Origin: Octopus sinensis
Lineage: Eukaryota
Reading direction: 5' to 3'
DNA: 64,000 bases
Assembly (NCBI RefSeq): GCF_006345805.1
Contig: NC_043002.1
Span: 88,660,001 to 88,724,000, forward strand
Of the stretch, positions 23,288 through 36,340 are shown one piece after another. The notes beneath the pieces were generated by a model that saw only the letters and a list, made by a program, of their open reading frames with translations, made no database searches and was not told the DNA's origin. Within the stretch, counting starts at the first letter, position 1. Each line of letters begins with the position of its first letter. A program made the position numbers and the translations under genes.

Positions 23288-23795
23288 TTTAGCGGAGCTT
23301 AGTGAAATTTATCTTCTCTCTCTTATTCCTTTCTGGCACTCTAATTCATTTATCCATATTTTGGCTTTTATTGTAAGGCGACTGTGCACTGTTTAAAGGA
23401 GTCATTCATTCATCACCTCTCCTTTTCGCACAGTCGTTCTACAAGTGGTGACCCCTCATTCCTTCTAACAAGCAGCCAAAACACACAGCCGGCCTTATGT
23501 TCATACAAACGTCTACAAATTGGTGACCCAGTGCCAGCTTAATGACCTGCCGTTCTAATTTCACCTCTTCACTACAGATATGTCTACTTTTATTATCGTC
23601 TCTTTTGTCTTCTACAATATGACTGGTGGAGGGCTGCTCTGTAGCAGAGCTTAGTGAAATTTATCTTCTCTCTCTTATTCCTTTCTGGCGCTCTTATTCA
23701 TTTATCCATATTTTGGCTTTTATTGTAAGGCGACTGTGCGGTGTATAAAGGAGACATTCATTCGTCACCTCTCCTTTTCACATGGTTGATCTACA
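23288..23795 (+). mobile_element. TRIM (miniature non-autonomous LTR retrotransposon)
   Basis: 156-bp direct repeats at 23288-23443 and 23640-23795 (TG..CA ends, first TG mutated), PBS TGGTGACCCC, purine tract GGTGGAGGG before the second LTR, TATA flanks. Confidence 0.85.
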
Positions 23796-23984
23796 TATAT
23801 AGGTGCAGGAGTAGAGTGTGGTAAGTAGCTTGCTTACCTACCACGTGGTTCTGGGTTCAGTCCAACTGCGTGGCACCTACTATAGCCTTGGTCAACAAGT
23901 TAAGTACCAGTGAAACACTGGGGTTGATGTAATCGACTAGTCCCCTCTTGCCAAGTTTCAGGCCTTGTGCCTTTAGTAGAGAGG

Positions 23985-24039
<55 letters not shown>

Positions 24040-24042
<3 letters not shown>

Positions 24043-24260
24043 GGTGAGTTGACCCAATCATTAACATGCTGGGCAAAATGTTTAGTGGCATTTTATCCAT
24101 CTTTATGCTCTGAATTCAAATTACACCAAGGTTGACTTTGCCTTTTGTCATTTTAGGATCAATAAATTAAGCCCCAGTTAAGTACTGGGGTCAACGTAGT
24201 TGACTAGCTCCTCACCCAAAATTTAAGATCGTGTGTCTATAGTCGAAAGGATTATTTGAA
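24040..24260 (+). mobile_element. SINE family B following (ATT)n
   Basis: Family consensus. Confidence 0.75.
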
Positions 24261-24559
24261 TGTCATTAAAATCGCCAGTATGAATGGACCAATTCTGAGA
24301 TTACACCTGTAAAAAAAGAAAGGTAATATAAAAGGAGAAGGGGCTCCTGTGGCTTTTATGGGTTTTTCCAGGAGTAACTTCTATTGGGAATTTTTTTCTT
24401 ATATTTTTCACTGTTATTTGAATGTTTACACAGACCTTTCTTTTTCACAAAACCCTTTGTACTTTTCGTCCTGCGTTTGTCCTTACATGTTTTTGATTTA
24501 TGTTAGCCCTTGTAGTCAATAAACCAGAATTAATTGTTGTTGTTGTTGTTGTTGTTGTT

Positions 24560-24790
24560 GTCAATTGTGGCAAGCGGGCTGAATCATTAGCATACTGGAC
24601 AAAAAGCTTAGCAGTATTTTGTCCGTCTTTAAACTTGGAGTTCAAATTCCTCTGAGTCAACTTTGCTTTCCATCCTTTCAAGGTCAATAAAAAAAGTACC
24701 TGTTGAATACTGGGGTTGATGTAATCGACTTACTTCCTCTCCTCAACATCACTGACCTTATCCCAAAATTTGAAATCGTTATTATTTTTA
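24560..24790 (+). mobile_element. SINE family B following (GTT)n
   Basis: Family consensus. Confidence 0.75.
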
Positions 24791-25714
24791 TTATTAAATT
24801 AAAAGTTAAAGCTTCTTGAATCATTACTTTGATGATACTTATTCAAAAGAGACCGACAGAATAAGTACTAGGCTTACAAAGAATAAGTCCTGGGGTCGAT
24901 TTGCTCGACTAAAGGCGGTGCCCCAGCATGGCCACAGTCAAATGACTGAAACAAGTAAAAGAGTAAAAGAGTAAATGTATTACACATACATCAATTCCAT
25001 TGTCATATGCAAAACACATGATATATTCATCTATTCACATACAAAAACACATGATATCTTTTAATGTCTTCAATATCATATGTATAAATCACACAAAGGC
25101 AAAGCAGTACCTATTGTTAATGAAGTTTTAATGTTGAATATTTTTTTATCAATATATACCCATTTTTCTAGGAATAGACAAATCCATTATGTAGGAAACA
25201 CTTTGTAGTTGGAAATTCCTCATTAGTTATTGATGGGAAATTTCTGCAAGGATTCATTAATTCCAATCTTTTATACAAAATTGCAAAAGGCTGTAATATC
25301 TATTACAATAGCCAGCTTTCTTGCCTTTGTATGTTCCATGTATGATATTGAAGACATCAGAATATCATGTGTTTTTGTTTTTGTTTTGTTTTTTTCAGGT
25401 GAATAGTTGAATATATCATGTGTTCTATGTATAACAATTGAATAAATGAATGTGTGATGCATATACTATTTTGTTTTGGGTCTTTTACTTAGTTATTTTT
25501 TGTTTTTTGTTTTGTTTTTTGTTTTGGTGGGTGTGGCAAACAATTAACTCTCAATGACTAATCATATTTCTTTGTGTTTATGAGTATTTTTGCAGATATA
25601 CTTCTAAGGACTGACAAACAAGTTCAAAGAAACTATGTCCAGCCACTTAGAATAAAATCTCAAAGATAATTCTGAGAGTGAATAAACATTTAATCCATAA
25701 TTATTAGTTCAAAC

Positions 25715-25745
<31 letters not shown>

Positions 25746-25791
25746 TGTATGTATGTATGTATGTATGTATGTATGTATGTATGTATGTATA

Positions 25792-25823
<32 letters not shown>

Positions 25824-26050
25824 TATATATGTGTATATGTATGTATATATATATATTATATGTATATATGTATATATATATATATACACATATATATATA
25901 TATGTATGTATATAATATATATAAAACATGTAAATATACGTACATATGTATGTAAATAGTTGAGAGAGGGCAATAGGGGAAATACTAACAGTGTCAAGTC
26001 AGTATTAAGGATTGGGGATAAGTTAAGCAATGAGAGATGCAGTGTTACCC

Positions 26051-26100
<50 letters not shown>

Positions 26101-26129
26101 TATACATATACTTATATATATATACATAC

Positions 26130-26177
<48 letters not shown>

Positions 26178-26180
26178 CAT
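25715..26180. repeat. (TATG)n and (TA)n tracts
   Basis: Direct reading. Confidence 0.9.
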
Positions 26181-26529
26181 CCTCATTGCAGTCTCCCCTC
26201 TTTCACATGAAATTTGATTTCCCTTATTCCCAGTTTGTCTCTTAATTCATTTATGCTTCTTCATTTATGTCCATTAACATACTTGCTTCATTTCTTTCTA
26301 GTCATCTAAAAAATTGTTAGCAACTATAAGACCAATGTCCTACTGTTGTGCATCAACACGCTTTGCTCACAAGCATTATACAATCTATCCTTAACATTAG
26401 GGAAGAAGTTCTCCAACTCATTTTTATTTAGACACACATATTACTTTGAAGATATGCTCAGGCTTCAAAGGCCGTCAAATTGTCTTTCCTTCATGCATGC
26501 ACCACTCTACCCATCTATATATATGGAAG

Positions 26530-27020
26530 GCAGATGTTAACAATGATGGTGATGATGATGATGATGTATGAACCAAATTCGATGACTGGCGCCCATGCCA
26601 GTGGAGCGCCAACAGCTCCATCAGAGTGGGATCACTGCCAGAGCAGCTGTCTGGCTTCCGTGCCAGTGGCACATGAAAAGCACCATTTGAGCATGATCGT
26701 TACTAGTGTTGCCTTACTGGCACTTGAGCCGGTGACACTTCAACTAAACATTCAAGTGAGGTCATTACCAGTGCCACTGGACTGACTCCTGTGCAGGTGG
26801 CAAGTAAAAAACACTATTTGAGCATGACCGTTGCCAGTACCGCCAGTCTGGCCCTCGTGCCAGTGGCACATAAAAGCACCCACTGCACTCTCGGAGTGGT
26901 TGGCGTTAGGAAGGGCATCCAGCTGTAGAAACTCTGCGAGATCAGATTGGAGCCTAATGCAGCCATCTGGTTCGCCAGTCCTCAGTCAAATCTTCTGATC
27001 CATGCTAGCATGGAAAGTGG
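26530..27020 (+). mobile_element. SINE family C
   Basis: Repeated GTGGCAC(A/G)T(A/G)AAAGCACC units, AGGAAGGGCATCCAGCTGTAGAAA, (GAT)n tail. Confidence 0.85.
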
Positions 27021-27037
27021 ACGTTAAATGATGATGA

Positions 27038-27074
<37 letters not shown>

Positions 27075-27080
<6 letters not shown>

Positions 27081-27375
27081 GAGGTGGTTAAGGCAGTGGA
27101 CTCGCAGTCGTAGGATCGCGGTTTCGATTCTCAGACCGGGCATTGTGAGTGTTTATTGAGCAAAAACACCTAAGGCTCCACGAGGCTTGGCAGGGGGTGG
27201 TGGCAATCCCTGGTGTACTCTTTCACCACAACTTTCTCTCACTCTTTCTTCTGTTGGCCTACTCGCTTAGCCAGCGGGGTGGCATCATTTGAAGGCTAAA
27301 ACAATGCAAAGCGCATTGTGACCAGCGATGTGTAGTAACATCTGATAGCCTGGTCAGTCATGGTGATCATGGTGA
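27075..27375 (+). mobile_element. SINE family F
   Basis: Head and body as at 16348, tail as at 43117. Confidence 0.85.
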
Positions 27376-27659
27376 TATATATATATATATATATATAATA
27401 TGGGTAACACCTTTGAAACATCTGCCTCCTCTGCTAAGTAGACCACCTAAGAAACAAAAGCATTCAACTTCTTGGGAGCCACAGAAGCATTTGAGAGAAT
27501 CTACCTGCTCTCTTAGATTTTAGCTTACCTTGATTCCATTACACCTTTAGTGTGACTATTGTTTACAAAGGGCACACCTTATGGAACATCTACTGACTTC
27601 TTTTCTGCAAATAGACAATAGCCATTTCCTCCATTCTATGAGAGTCCTGTCTTCCATTC

Positions 27660-27694
27660 TTTACTTATATGTGTGTATGTGTGTATGTACGTAC

Positions 27695-27725
<31 letters not shown>

Positions 27726-28074
27726 CGTATGTATTTATGCATGCATGCATGTATGTATGTATGTATGTATGTATGTATGTATGTATGTATGTATGTATGC
27801 ATGTATGTATGTATGTATGTACATATGTATGTTTATATGTATGCATGTATGCATACATGTATATATGTATGCTTATATGTCTGTATGTATGCATATATGT
27901 ATGTATATGTATGTGTGCCTGTTTGTGTACATGTGTGTGCTTGTGTGTGCGTGTGTATGTGTTTGCGTGTGCATGTGTATGTGGACACGCACATGTGCAC
28001 ATGTGTGTGAGTGTGTGTGTGTGGAGTGGTGTGGTGCGTGTGTGTGCATGTGTATGTATGTATGTGTGTGTGTG

Positions 28075-28139
<65 letters not shown>

Positions 28140-28140
28140 T
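27660..28140. repeat. (TATG)n to (TG)n tract
   Basis: Direct reading. Confidence 0.95.
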
Positions 28141-28524
28141 GGTGCCTGTTTGTTACTTTCAGAAGTCGTCAATGAACCATGTTTCATGAATACAATCTTA
28201 ATTAGACGTGTGCCACCATAAAGGTGGGACGATCACAACTAAAATATTTATCAGCTGCTCAAGTTAGACTCACAACGACACGACAAACCAGATCTATTTC
28301 TAACAAATGAAGGAGAGATGAGAATGAAGCTCTATGTAGCATGTAGTTGCCTGAGCTGCTAGAAATAGCAGTGAAATCTCCTTTAGCTCACACTACCTAA
28401 CATCTTAAATAAAGAAAATCACATTATGCAACAGCGCGCAAGGAAAATGAGAAAAAGTGGATGGTAATAGCTATAAGTGTTTTTAATCATAAGTCATTTG
28501 AGTTAGAGCTCATCAAGGACTGAA

Positions 28525-29035
28525 CGACATCATTACTATCATCATCATCACAAGCACCACCACCATCACTACCCCTATGATCATCATCACCGTCGTCATC
28601 ATCATCATCACCACCACCATCACTACCACCACCACCACCACCACCACCATAATCATCACCACACCACCACCACTACCACCACCACCACCACCACCACCAT
28701 AATCATCACCACCACCACCACCATCATCATCACCCCTGCCACCACCTCCACCATTGCCATCATTTCCATCGATATCGTTATCATCATTGTCATAAGTCAT
28801 CATCATCACCACTGTCAGCGTCGTCGCCATCATCATTATCACCACCGTCACTACCACCACCACGACCACCACCATAATCATCACCACCACCACCACCATC
28901 ATCACCCCTGCCACTATCACCACCACCACCACCTCCACCTCCTCCATTGCCATCATTTCCATCGATATCATTATCATCATCATCATAAGTCATCATCATC
29001 ACCATCATCAGCATCATCGTCATCATTATCATTAT
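28525..29035. repeat. (ATC/ACC)n tract with an internal duplication of about 195 bp
   Basis: CCATTGCCATCATTTCCATCGATATC occurs near 28751 and 28944. Confidence 0.85.
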
Positions 29036-29249
29036 CCTACTACGTATAATTATACGAAAGGAGGTGAGCTATATATTGCCTTTGAAGGCCTAACTGCCCA
29101 ACTCTACTTCATATATCTGCTCCAGAAGGAACAACCAATGTCACTGAGCAACAACAACAACAACAAAACAAGCATTTTTATTCACAGATAGAATATAATA
29201 CCTGTAGCACACTATGAACTCATGAGCTATATGTGTGTGTGTGACCTCC

Positions 29250-29578
29250 TTCAGTCATGACACTGACCATGGGCTTGCACCTAGAAAGTTACCCTCCCAG
29301 GCACAAGTCTGGGCAAGGTTGTTTATGGAAGACCAGCAGTCACCCATGCATACCGGCCTCCCCTCTCCATGCCACCAGTGTTATCCAAGGGAAAGGCAAA
29401 GGCTGATACAGCCTGGCACCTGTGACATCGCAACTCATTTCTACAGCTGAGTGAACTGGAGCAACATGAAATAAAGTGTCTTGCTCAAGAATACTACACG
29501 CAGCCCGGTCCAGGATTCGAGCTCACAACCTCACGATCATAAGCTCGACGCTCTAACCACTGAGCCATGCGCCTTCAC
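29250..29578 (-). mobile_element. SINE family D
   Basis: Matches 19107-19444. Confidence 0.9.
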
Positions 29579-29664
29579 TCATGAGCTATAAACTGGTAAT
29601 ATAATAAAATTATCAATGCAGCAATTATCTCCGCTGATTACCATTCGCTAATTAATGTATTTAA

Positions 29665-29887
29665 CCCTTTAGCATTTAAACCAAGTATATCCGACCCATG
29701 TATTCTATTTTGCTTCATTTTCAAACCAGCCTGCTCTATCCTCTAGCATCTACCCTATAATATCATCCTAAAAATAAACAATTACATCATTGAAAACTCA
29801 AAGCTACGAGATAATGCTTGATTAATTTAAAACAATGTGAATAAAGAAGCATTACATTTGAGAGAGAGCAATCCGAATGCTAAAGGG
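29665..29887. mobile_element. piggyBac-type MITE, same family as 4121, inverted
   Basis: TTAA-CCCTTTAGCATTTAAACC..ATGCTAAAGGG; right TTAA is lost. Confidence 0.75.
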
Positions 29888-30447
29888 GTGTTCCAATCAG
29901 AAATCATGAATTCCAGGCAATTTGCAGACTGCCTAATAATAACAACTTCCAAATTAAATTATTTATTTAACCTAATGCCATTTAAATACTGACATCTTGA
30001 CATGACCTTCAATAAAGCTAATAGTTTGCAAGAATAGGAAAAATTCTAGCTGAAAATCTGTGAGCCTCCATTAGTAATGCATGATGGCTTGTAATGAACG
30101 TGCATAGTTAAGTAAACTGTTATCCAACCAACCTTGCACAGGGAACACACAGATCACACATCCCTGGAATTAAACGTATTTTCATAATAAATTGTGCATC
30201 TGAAATATGGCCCTTATGGAAATATTTGCAGCCATTATTGACTTCACCTGCAACTGAAAATGGTTATTCTCACATGAAAGAAGAAAATGAATTAGGATTA
30301 TTCATACTAATTTGTACATAATTTTACATTAAGTTTGCTTCACTCCCTCCTCTTTTACTCTTCCTCCTCTTTTACTCTCCATCCTCTTTTACTCTCCATC
30401 CTTCTCTTTCTTTCTCTCCCTCCTCTTTCTTCCTCTCCTCACCTCTC

Positions 30448-30482
<35 letters not shown>

Positions 30483-30704
30483 CCACCTTCTGCAACAGCA
30501 AACAGACTGTGACAAACAAAAGAAAAATTCCAAACAAAATGCCTTCATATAACAAAATCCCTCCATTTCCCTTTGATAAATTAATTTCTCCTTTCTCTCC
30601 TTCTTTCTCCTTTCATAATGACATAATATAGCATAATTAATCCACCATTAATTTGTACTGATGAAATTCTTGTAGATCACAATAGTTATATATGAATGTT
30701 AAAG

Positions 30705-31120
30705 GCGCAGGAGTGGCTGTGTGGTAAGTAGCTTGTTTACCAACCACATGGTTCCAGCTTCATTCCCACTGCGTGGCACCTTGGGCAAGTGTCTTCTACT
30801 ATAGCCTCGGGCTGACCAAAGCCTTGTGAGTGGATTTGGTAGACGGAAACTGGAAGAAGCTCATCATATATATGTATGTATATGCATGTGTGCATATGTT
30901 TGTGTGTCTGTGTTTGTCCCCCCACCATTGCTTGACAACCGATGCTGGTGTGTTTACGTCCCCGTAACTTAATGGTTCAGCAAAAGAGACTGATAGAATA
31001 AGTACTAGGCTTACAAAGAATAAGTCCTGGGGTCGATTTACTCGACTAGAAGGCCGTGCTCCAGCATGGCCACAGTCAAATGACTGAAACAAGTAAAAGA
31101 GAGTAAAAAGAAAAGAGAGT
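30705..31120 (+). mobile_element. SINE family A, full length
   Basis: Family consensus. Confidence 0.9.
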
Positions 31121-31139
31121 ATGTCATAGTTTAATAAAA

Positions 31140-31360
31140 AATATTGGTTTCAGATTTTGGCACAAGGTCAGCTCAATCGGGGAAGATGACGAGTCAATTA
31201 CATCAACCCCCAGTGCTCAACTGGTACTTATTTTATTGATCACAAAAGGCGAAAGGCAAAGTTGACCTTGGCAGAATTTGAACTCAGAGCATAAAGATGA
31301 ACAACATGCCACTAAGCATTTAGCTCAGCATGTTAATGATTCTGCCAGCTTGCCACTAAA
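31140..31360 (-). mobile_element. SINE family B
   Basis: Family consensus. Confidence 0.8.
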
Positions 31361-31639
31361 TTTCTGTTGTATAATTGAAATGAAAATAGAAAGGAAAATG
31401 CAATACATACATAATAATTATATGATATTCTCCATTTTACCAAGCAAAAATTTGTTTTACTAATGAAAAAAAACTAAATATTGTGTTTACTCATGTGCAA
31501 GATGCATCCGTTATTTAGTGTAAAATCTTATTAAAAAAATTTTCCTAGCATTGTTTTAGCTTTGCCCTATGAATGAATTGTATCCTAGATTTTCCATTTA
31601 AAATCAAGTATGAAATACTGAGACTTATACACAAATAAG

Positions 31640-31804
31640 TTGTGGCTGTGTAGTAAGTAGCTTGCTTACGAACCACATGGTTCCGGGTTCAGTCCCACTG
31701 CATGGCACCTTGGGCAAGTGTCTTCTACTATAGCCTTGGGCCGACCAAAGCCTTGTGAGTGGATTTGGTAGACGGAAACTGAAAGAAGCCCATCGTATAT
31801 ATGC

Positions 31805-31836
<32 letters not shown>

Positions 31837-32050
31837 GTATGTGTGTGTATATGTTTGTTCCCCCAACATCGCTTGACAACCGATGCTGGTGTGTTTACGT
31901 CCCCGTAACTTAGTGGTTCGGCAAAAGAGACCTATAGAATAAGTACTAGGCTTACAAAGAATAAGCCATGGGGTCAATTTGCTCAACTAAAGTCGGTGCT
32001 CCAGCATGGGCACAGTAAAATGACTGAAACAAGTAAAAGAGTAAAGAGAG
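31640..32050 (+). mobile_element. SINE family A
   Basis: Family consensus. Confidence 0.9.
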
Positions 32051-32199
32051 TGAGAGTTATGGCAAGCTACTTTTTTCCCTTGCAGCGATCAAAGAACAAA
32101 TAGTGTCCAACGAGAAAATATTTTCATGCTAAGTCTAACAGAGTGCTCAAAAAAATTGATTTCTTATCTGATCACAACAAATTCAGGGCAATAAAATAA

Positions 32200-32400
32200 C
32201 CATTTCAAACATAGGTACAATCTCTAAAATTTGTGGAAGGGGCTTAATCAACCCCACTAACACCAGTACTTGGCTGGTACTTTATTTTATTGACACTGAA
32301 AGGATGAAAGGCAAAGTTTAATGCAGCAAGATTTGAATTCAGAATGTAAAGAGCCAGAAGAGATATTACAAGGCATTTTGTCCAATGCCCTAATGAATCT
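32200..32400 (-). mobile_element. SINE family B
   Basis: Family consensus. Confidence 0.7.
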
Positions 32401-32416
32401 GTCATTTGACAGGACC

Positions 32417-32665
32417 ACTGGCTTCTGTGTTGGTGGCACGTAAAAAGCACCAACCGATCGTGGCTGCTGCCAGCCTCCCCTGGCACCTGTGCTGGTGGCA
32501 CGTAAAAAGCACCCACTACACTCATGGAGTGGTTGGCGTTAGGAAGGGCATCCAGCTGTAGAAACACTGCCAGATCAGACTGGAGCCTGGTGCAGCCTCC
32601 TGGCTTCCCAGACCCCAGTCGAACCGTCCAACCCATGCTAGCACGGAAAACGGACGTTAAACGAT
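32417..32665 (+). mobile_element. SINE family C
   Basis: Family consensus, CpG largely retained. Confidence 0.9.
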
Positions 32666-32923
32666 ATTGAGGGCAGCTAGGTCCGCATGACAGAGTGAGA
32701 GATAAAGGAAAGAAGAATACAGCAAGTAGTGAACATAAGATGGGAGAAGGGGAGGTGTTAGAAAGATGAGATGTGGGGGAGAGCCTTGTCAGGAAAAGAT
32801 TGTGTGTGCAGGCATGGTGCAGGGCATTGACACAGAAGACAATTCTTTATGATCTCAGTTTGTCTAGCCTAAAAAATACATATTTATTTTAATATATGCA
32901 TTTGAAGCATTTTCAGTCATCCT

Positions 32924-33185
32924 TTCATCATCATCATCATCATCATCATTTAACGTCCGTTTTCCGTGCTAGCATAGGTTGGACGGTTCAACCGGGATCT
33001 GGGAAGCCAGGACCAGCTCCAGTCTGATCTGGCAGTGTTTCTACAGCTGGATGCCCTTCTTAACGCCAACCACTCCATGAGTGTAGTGGGTGCTTTTTAC
33101 GTGCCACCAGCACAGGTGCCAGGGGAGGCTGGCAGCGGCCACGATTGGTTGGTGCTTTTTACGTGCCACTGGCACAGAAGCCAGT
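32924..33185 (-). mobile_element. SINE family C, inverted relative to 32417
   Basis: Reverse complement of 32417-32665 plus a (CAT)n tail. Confidence 0.9.
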
Positions 33186-35947
33186 CTGTTATATATGTTA
33201 TTTAATATATCTTATCATATTAGAGATCTGAATTTAGTGTATTCATGTTATTGAGTACTCTGATAGATTTTGCATGAAAACACTTTTTTTGTTGTATTGA
33301 GAGATATTGTCTAGTATTAATACTTTGATACATAATATAATATAATTAAATATAATGTAATAATATAATAAGCCAACTATTTCTTCTTGGTTCTGTAATT
33401 ACAACAGGTTACTCATTCAGTATATTTACTATAATCCTTAGTCTGAAGAAGCAAAGCAATGCCCATAGCTTCAAGCTATATGATTATCCCTATCTAGATT
33501 CACAGATAGGGATAATTATATATTAAACCAGTCAGTGAAACAGCTACTTCTTTGCAATCACTCTTCATGAAGTAGCTGTCAGATCTCCCCCAAATCAAAT
33601 TCCATTGTCTTGATAAAGAACACAATAGAGAATATAGTGCTACATAAAAAAACGAGAGATATGGTTGTCATGACTGGAATATTTTTGATCATGAATTTTC
33701 TTAATTAGGGCTGACCTGGGGCTGAATGATAACAACTACATAACAACAGCGTAGTTGATGTTCAATGGCAGCAAAGTTACTGAGGTCTGAGCTGAATTCC
33801 TATCAGGGTCAATGTTGCTTTTCACCTTATAGAATAGACTTCTGCACAGTTTTGTCTAGTAAATTGCATTTAGACTCTAATAGAAGACGCCTGCCCAAGA
33901 TGTCATGCTGTGTGATTGAATTCAGAGATATACCACTGCATAATGAACTTCTCAACCACACGCCCTGTCTCCCATTTAAATAATAACAACACAAACCACT
34001 GAATTCAAGGTCAGTTAGAAACAGAAATATTAAATGTTATTGGTTTCTAAGATAAACATTACCAATTATTTTTATCAAACATTTTCACACACTAAACATA
34101 TATATGTTTTGATGCTACTCTAAAAAAGCTATCAGGTCTGAATCAAATGCTTCAGCAAGTAATCCAATCACTTTACTATCTGATTGTTTATCTAAGCAAA
34201 CTGGCTGTATCAGCGAGAAATGATTGATCTTCTTTCTTAAATTGTTAATATTTTACTTTTTGCAACTTGCATGACAACTGCTACTGTTCAGAATACTACT
34301 ACAGTGATGTTCTGATAAATATTAATAATACAATAACTGAGAATAAAAGTATTTGCTTCAATATCCAGAAAGCTTTTAACAGTGCCTGAATCAATAATGC
34401 ACTTGAGTCTATTGATAAAGCTTTTTCCAATAATTTATCAACAAAGGTGATGGAGTGCCAGAAACAGTAGCAGACAAGACTCAGTAACATGCAATACGTG
34501 TTTTCACTCCTTTACAATCTGGTTTCAAATTTTACCTGGTTATCCCATTTATTCCTTCAGGGTGTATAATATGGGTGGATGACTCTCTGTTGTTTTCAAC
34601 AATGAGAATTCACCTGTTTGATCAACTGGATTACTTGCCCATTGACTTAGCATATAAGTGGCTGAGGATTCCACACACACATGTGTATCCTCAAACATTA
34701 TTTTCAGGCACAATAAGCAATGTGTGACGAGGTTGTATCTTTTCAATTGCAGGTATAATTCATTCAACAGGCTGTTATACAGTTTCCTTTAATCTAATTT
34801 TAACTCACAAAAATAGGGTGACCTGAGGCTACCGAAAATATTCCCTCAAGATGGCACAGTGGAATCAAGCTCCATGCTTGCAAAATGAACTTAGAAACAT
34901 TTCAGCCATACTGTGTCTTTGTCTCTTTTTAGGTCCATTTTTCCATGCTAACATAAATGAGATGAATATATGGTTAAGTATTATTATTTTACACCCTGAT
35001 GCCTCACTTTTTACGAAATGTTACCTGTTCTTTTTTTTTTTTGACAGCAGATTTTAAATTTTGCACATATTTGAAGACACTAAGCCAGTGGATGATTAAT
35101 TGTTGGGAGAAATGATGACAATATCACCTTTTGTACCTCATGATTTTTAGAGACATACAAATGCAACAACACACAAGCATGCACGCACACACATACACAC
35201 ACACTCACTCACACACACATGAAATAAGGTGGGTAAAGAGAAATGACAATGGAATTTGTGGGGAAAAACAGTAAAAAAACACACTATGAAAGCAGATACT
35301 CAACCCCTCATCAGTTGTCAACAATGATCATTACAATTTCAGCACCTAGTAATATTGCTCAATTAGATAATGTTAGCAACATAAAACTGCTTAGTTATAA
35401 ATGACCAGACATGATAGATGAATAAGGAGAGAAAATTTGAGATATGGGCAGTAACAAAAACACAAATAACAAATAAAGGAAGTTTGTATACAAGGACAGT
35501 ATTAGAAAAAATACAAAAATATACAAATGTACATAAGCAAAGAAAGTTTTCAGTTTAGCAACGCATATATAGATATTTATATTTACATAACTAAACCTCA
35601 ACATATGTCATTTCAAGTTGTCTTTTTTTTTACTTCAAATTGTTTTGTTTTGTTTTTTTTTAAGAAAGAAACCACAACATCAGTTGATTTATTCAATTTT
35701 ATGTCACTCTCAACAAACATATTTAAAAGTATAACAACTTTTTAGAAAAGCCTCTCAAAGGCAATACTGTTCTTAAAAATCAAACGAAATACCTGTGGAA
35801 ATTTATACAAATCATTTATTAGAATAGATATAAGCTAATGAATATTTTATATGATTTTCCATGTTATGTTATCTTTCAAGTTAAGTCACATCTTGGAACC
35901 AGTTATGGACATGAGCTGAAGTATGTTTATATATGCAAAAATTCCTT

Positions 35948-36340
35948 TGGAGTGGCTGTGTGGTAAGTAGCTTGTTTACCAACCACATGGTTCCAGGTTC
36001 AGTCCCACTGCGTGGCACCTTGGGAAAGTGTCTTCTACTATAGCCTCAGGCCGATCAAAGCCTTGTGAGTGGATTTGGTAGACGAAAACTGAAAAGAAGC
36101 CTGTCGTATATATGTATATATATATATATATGCATATGTGTGTTTGTCCCCCTAGCATTGCTTGACAACCGATGCTGATGTGTTTATGTCCCCGTTACTT
36201 AGCGGTTCGGCAAAAGAGACCGATAGAATAAGTACTGGGCTTACAAAAGAATAAGTCCCGGGGTCGGGTTGCTCGATTAAAGGCGATGCTCCAGCATGGC
36301 CGCAGTCAAATGACTGAGACAAGTAAAAGAGTAAAGAGAG
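35948..36340 (+). mobile_element. SINE family A
   Basis: Family consensus. Confidence 0.9.

Larger units (their letters stand above)
26290..27620 (-). mobile_element. Old RTE-clade LINE fragment interrupted by two SINEs
   Basis: 27620-27400 reads SIRCALCKQ*SH*RCNGIK..VDSLKC..FCFLGGLLSRGGRC; 26480-26290 continues with VKDRLYNACEQSVLMHNSRT. The order matches the RTE at 38720. Confidence 0.65.

Noticed and set aside
27520-27610. Minus-strand exon with a perfect AAG|GTAAGC donor
   Set aside because: All three frames from the best acceptor contain stops, and the sequence translates as an RTE remnant.
34299-34490. Helical-looking ORF, and a KAF motif suggesting LINE RT
   Set aside because: No further RT motifs and no convincing exon boundaries.
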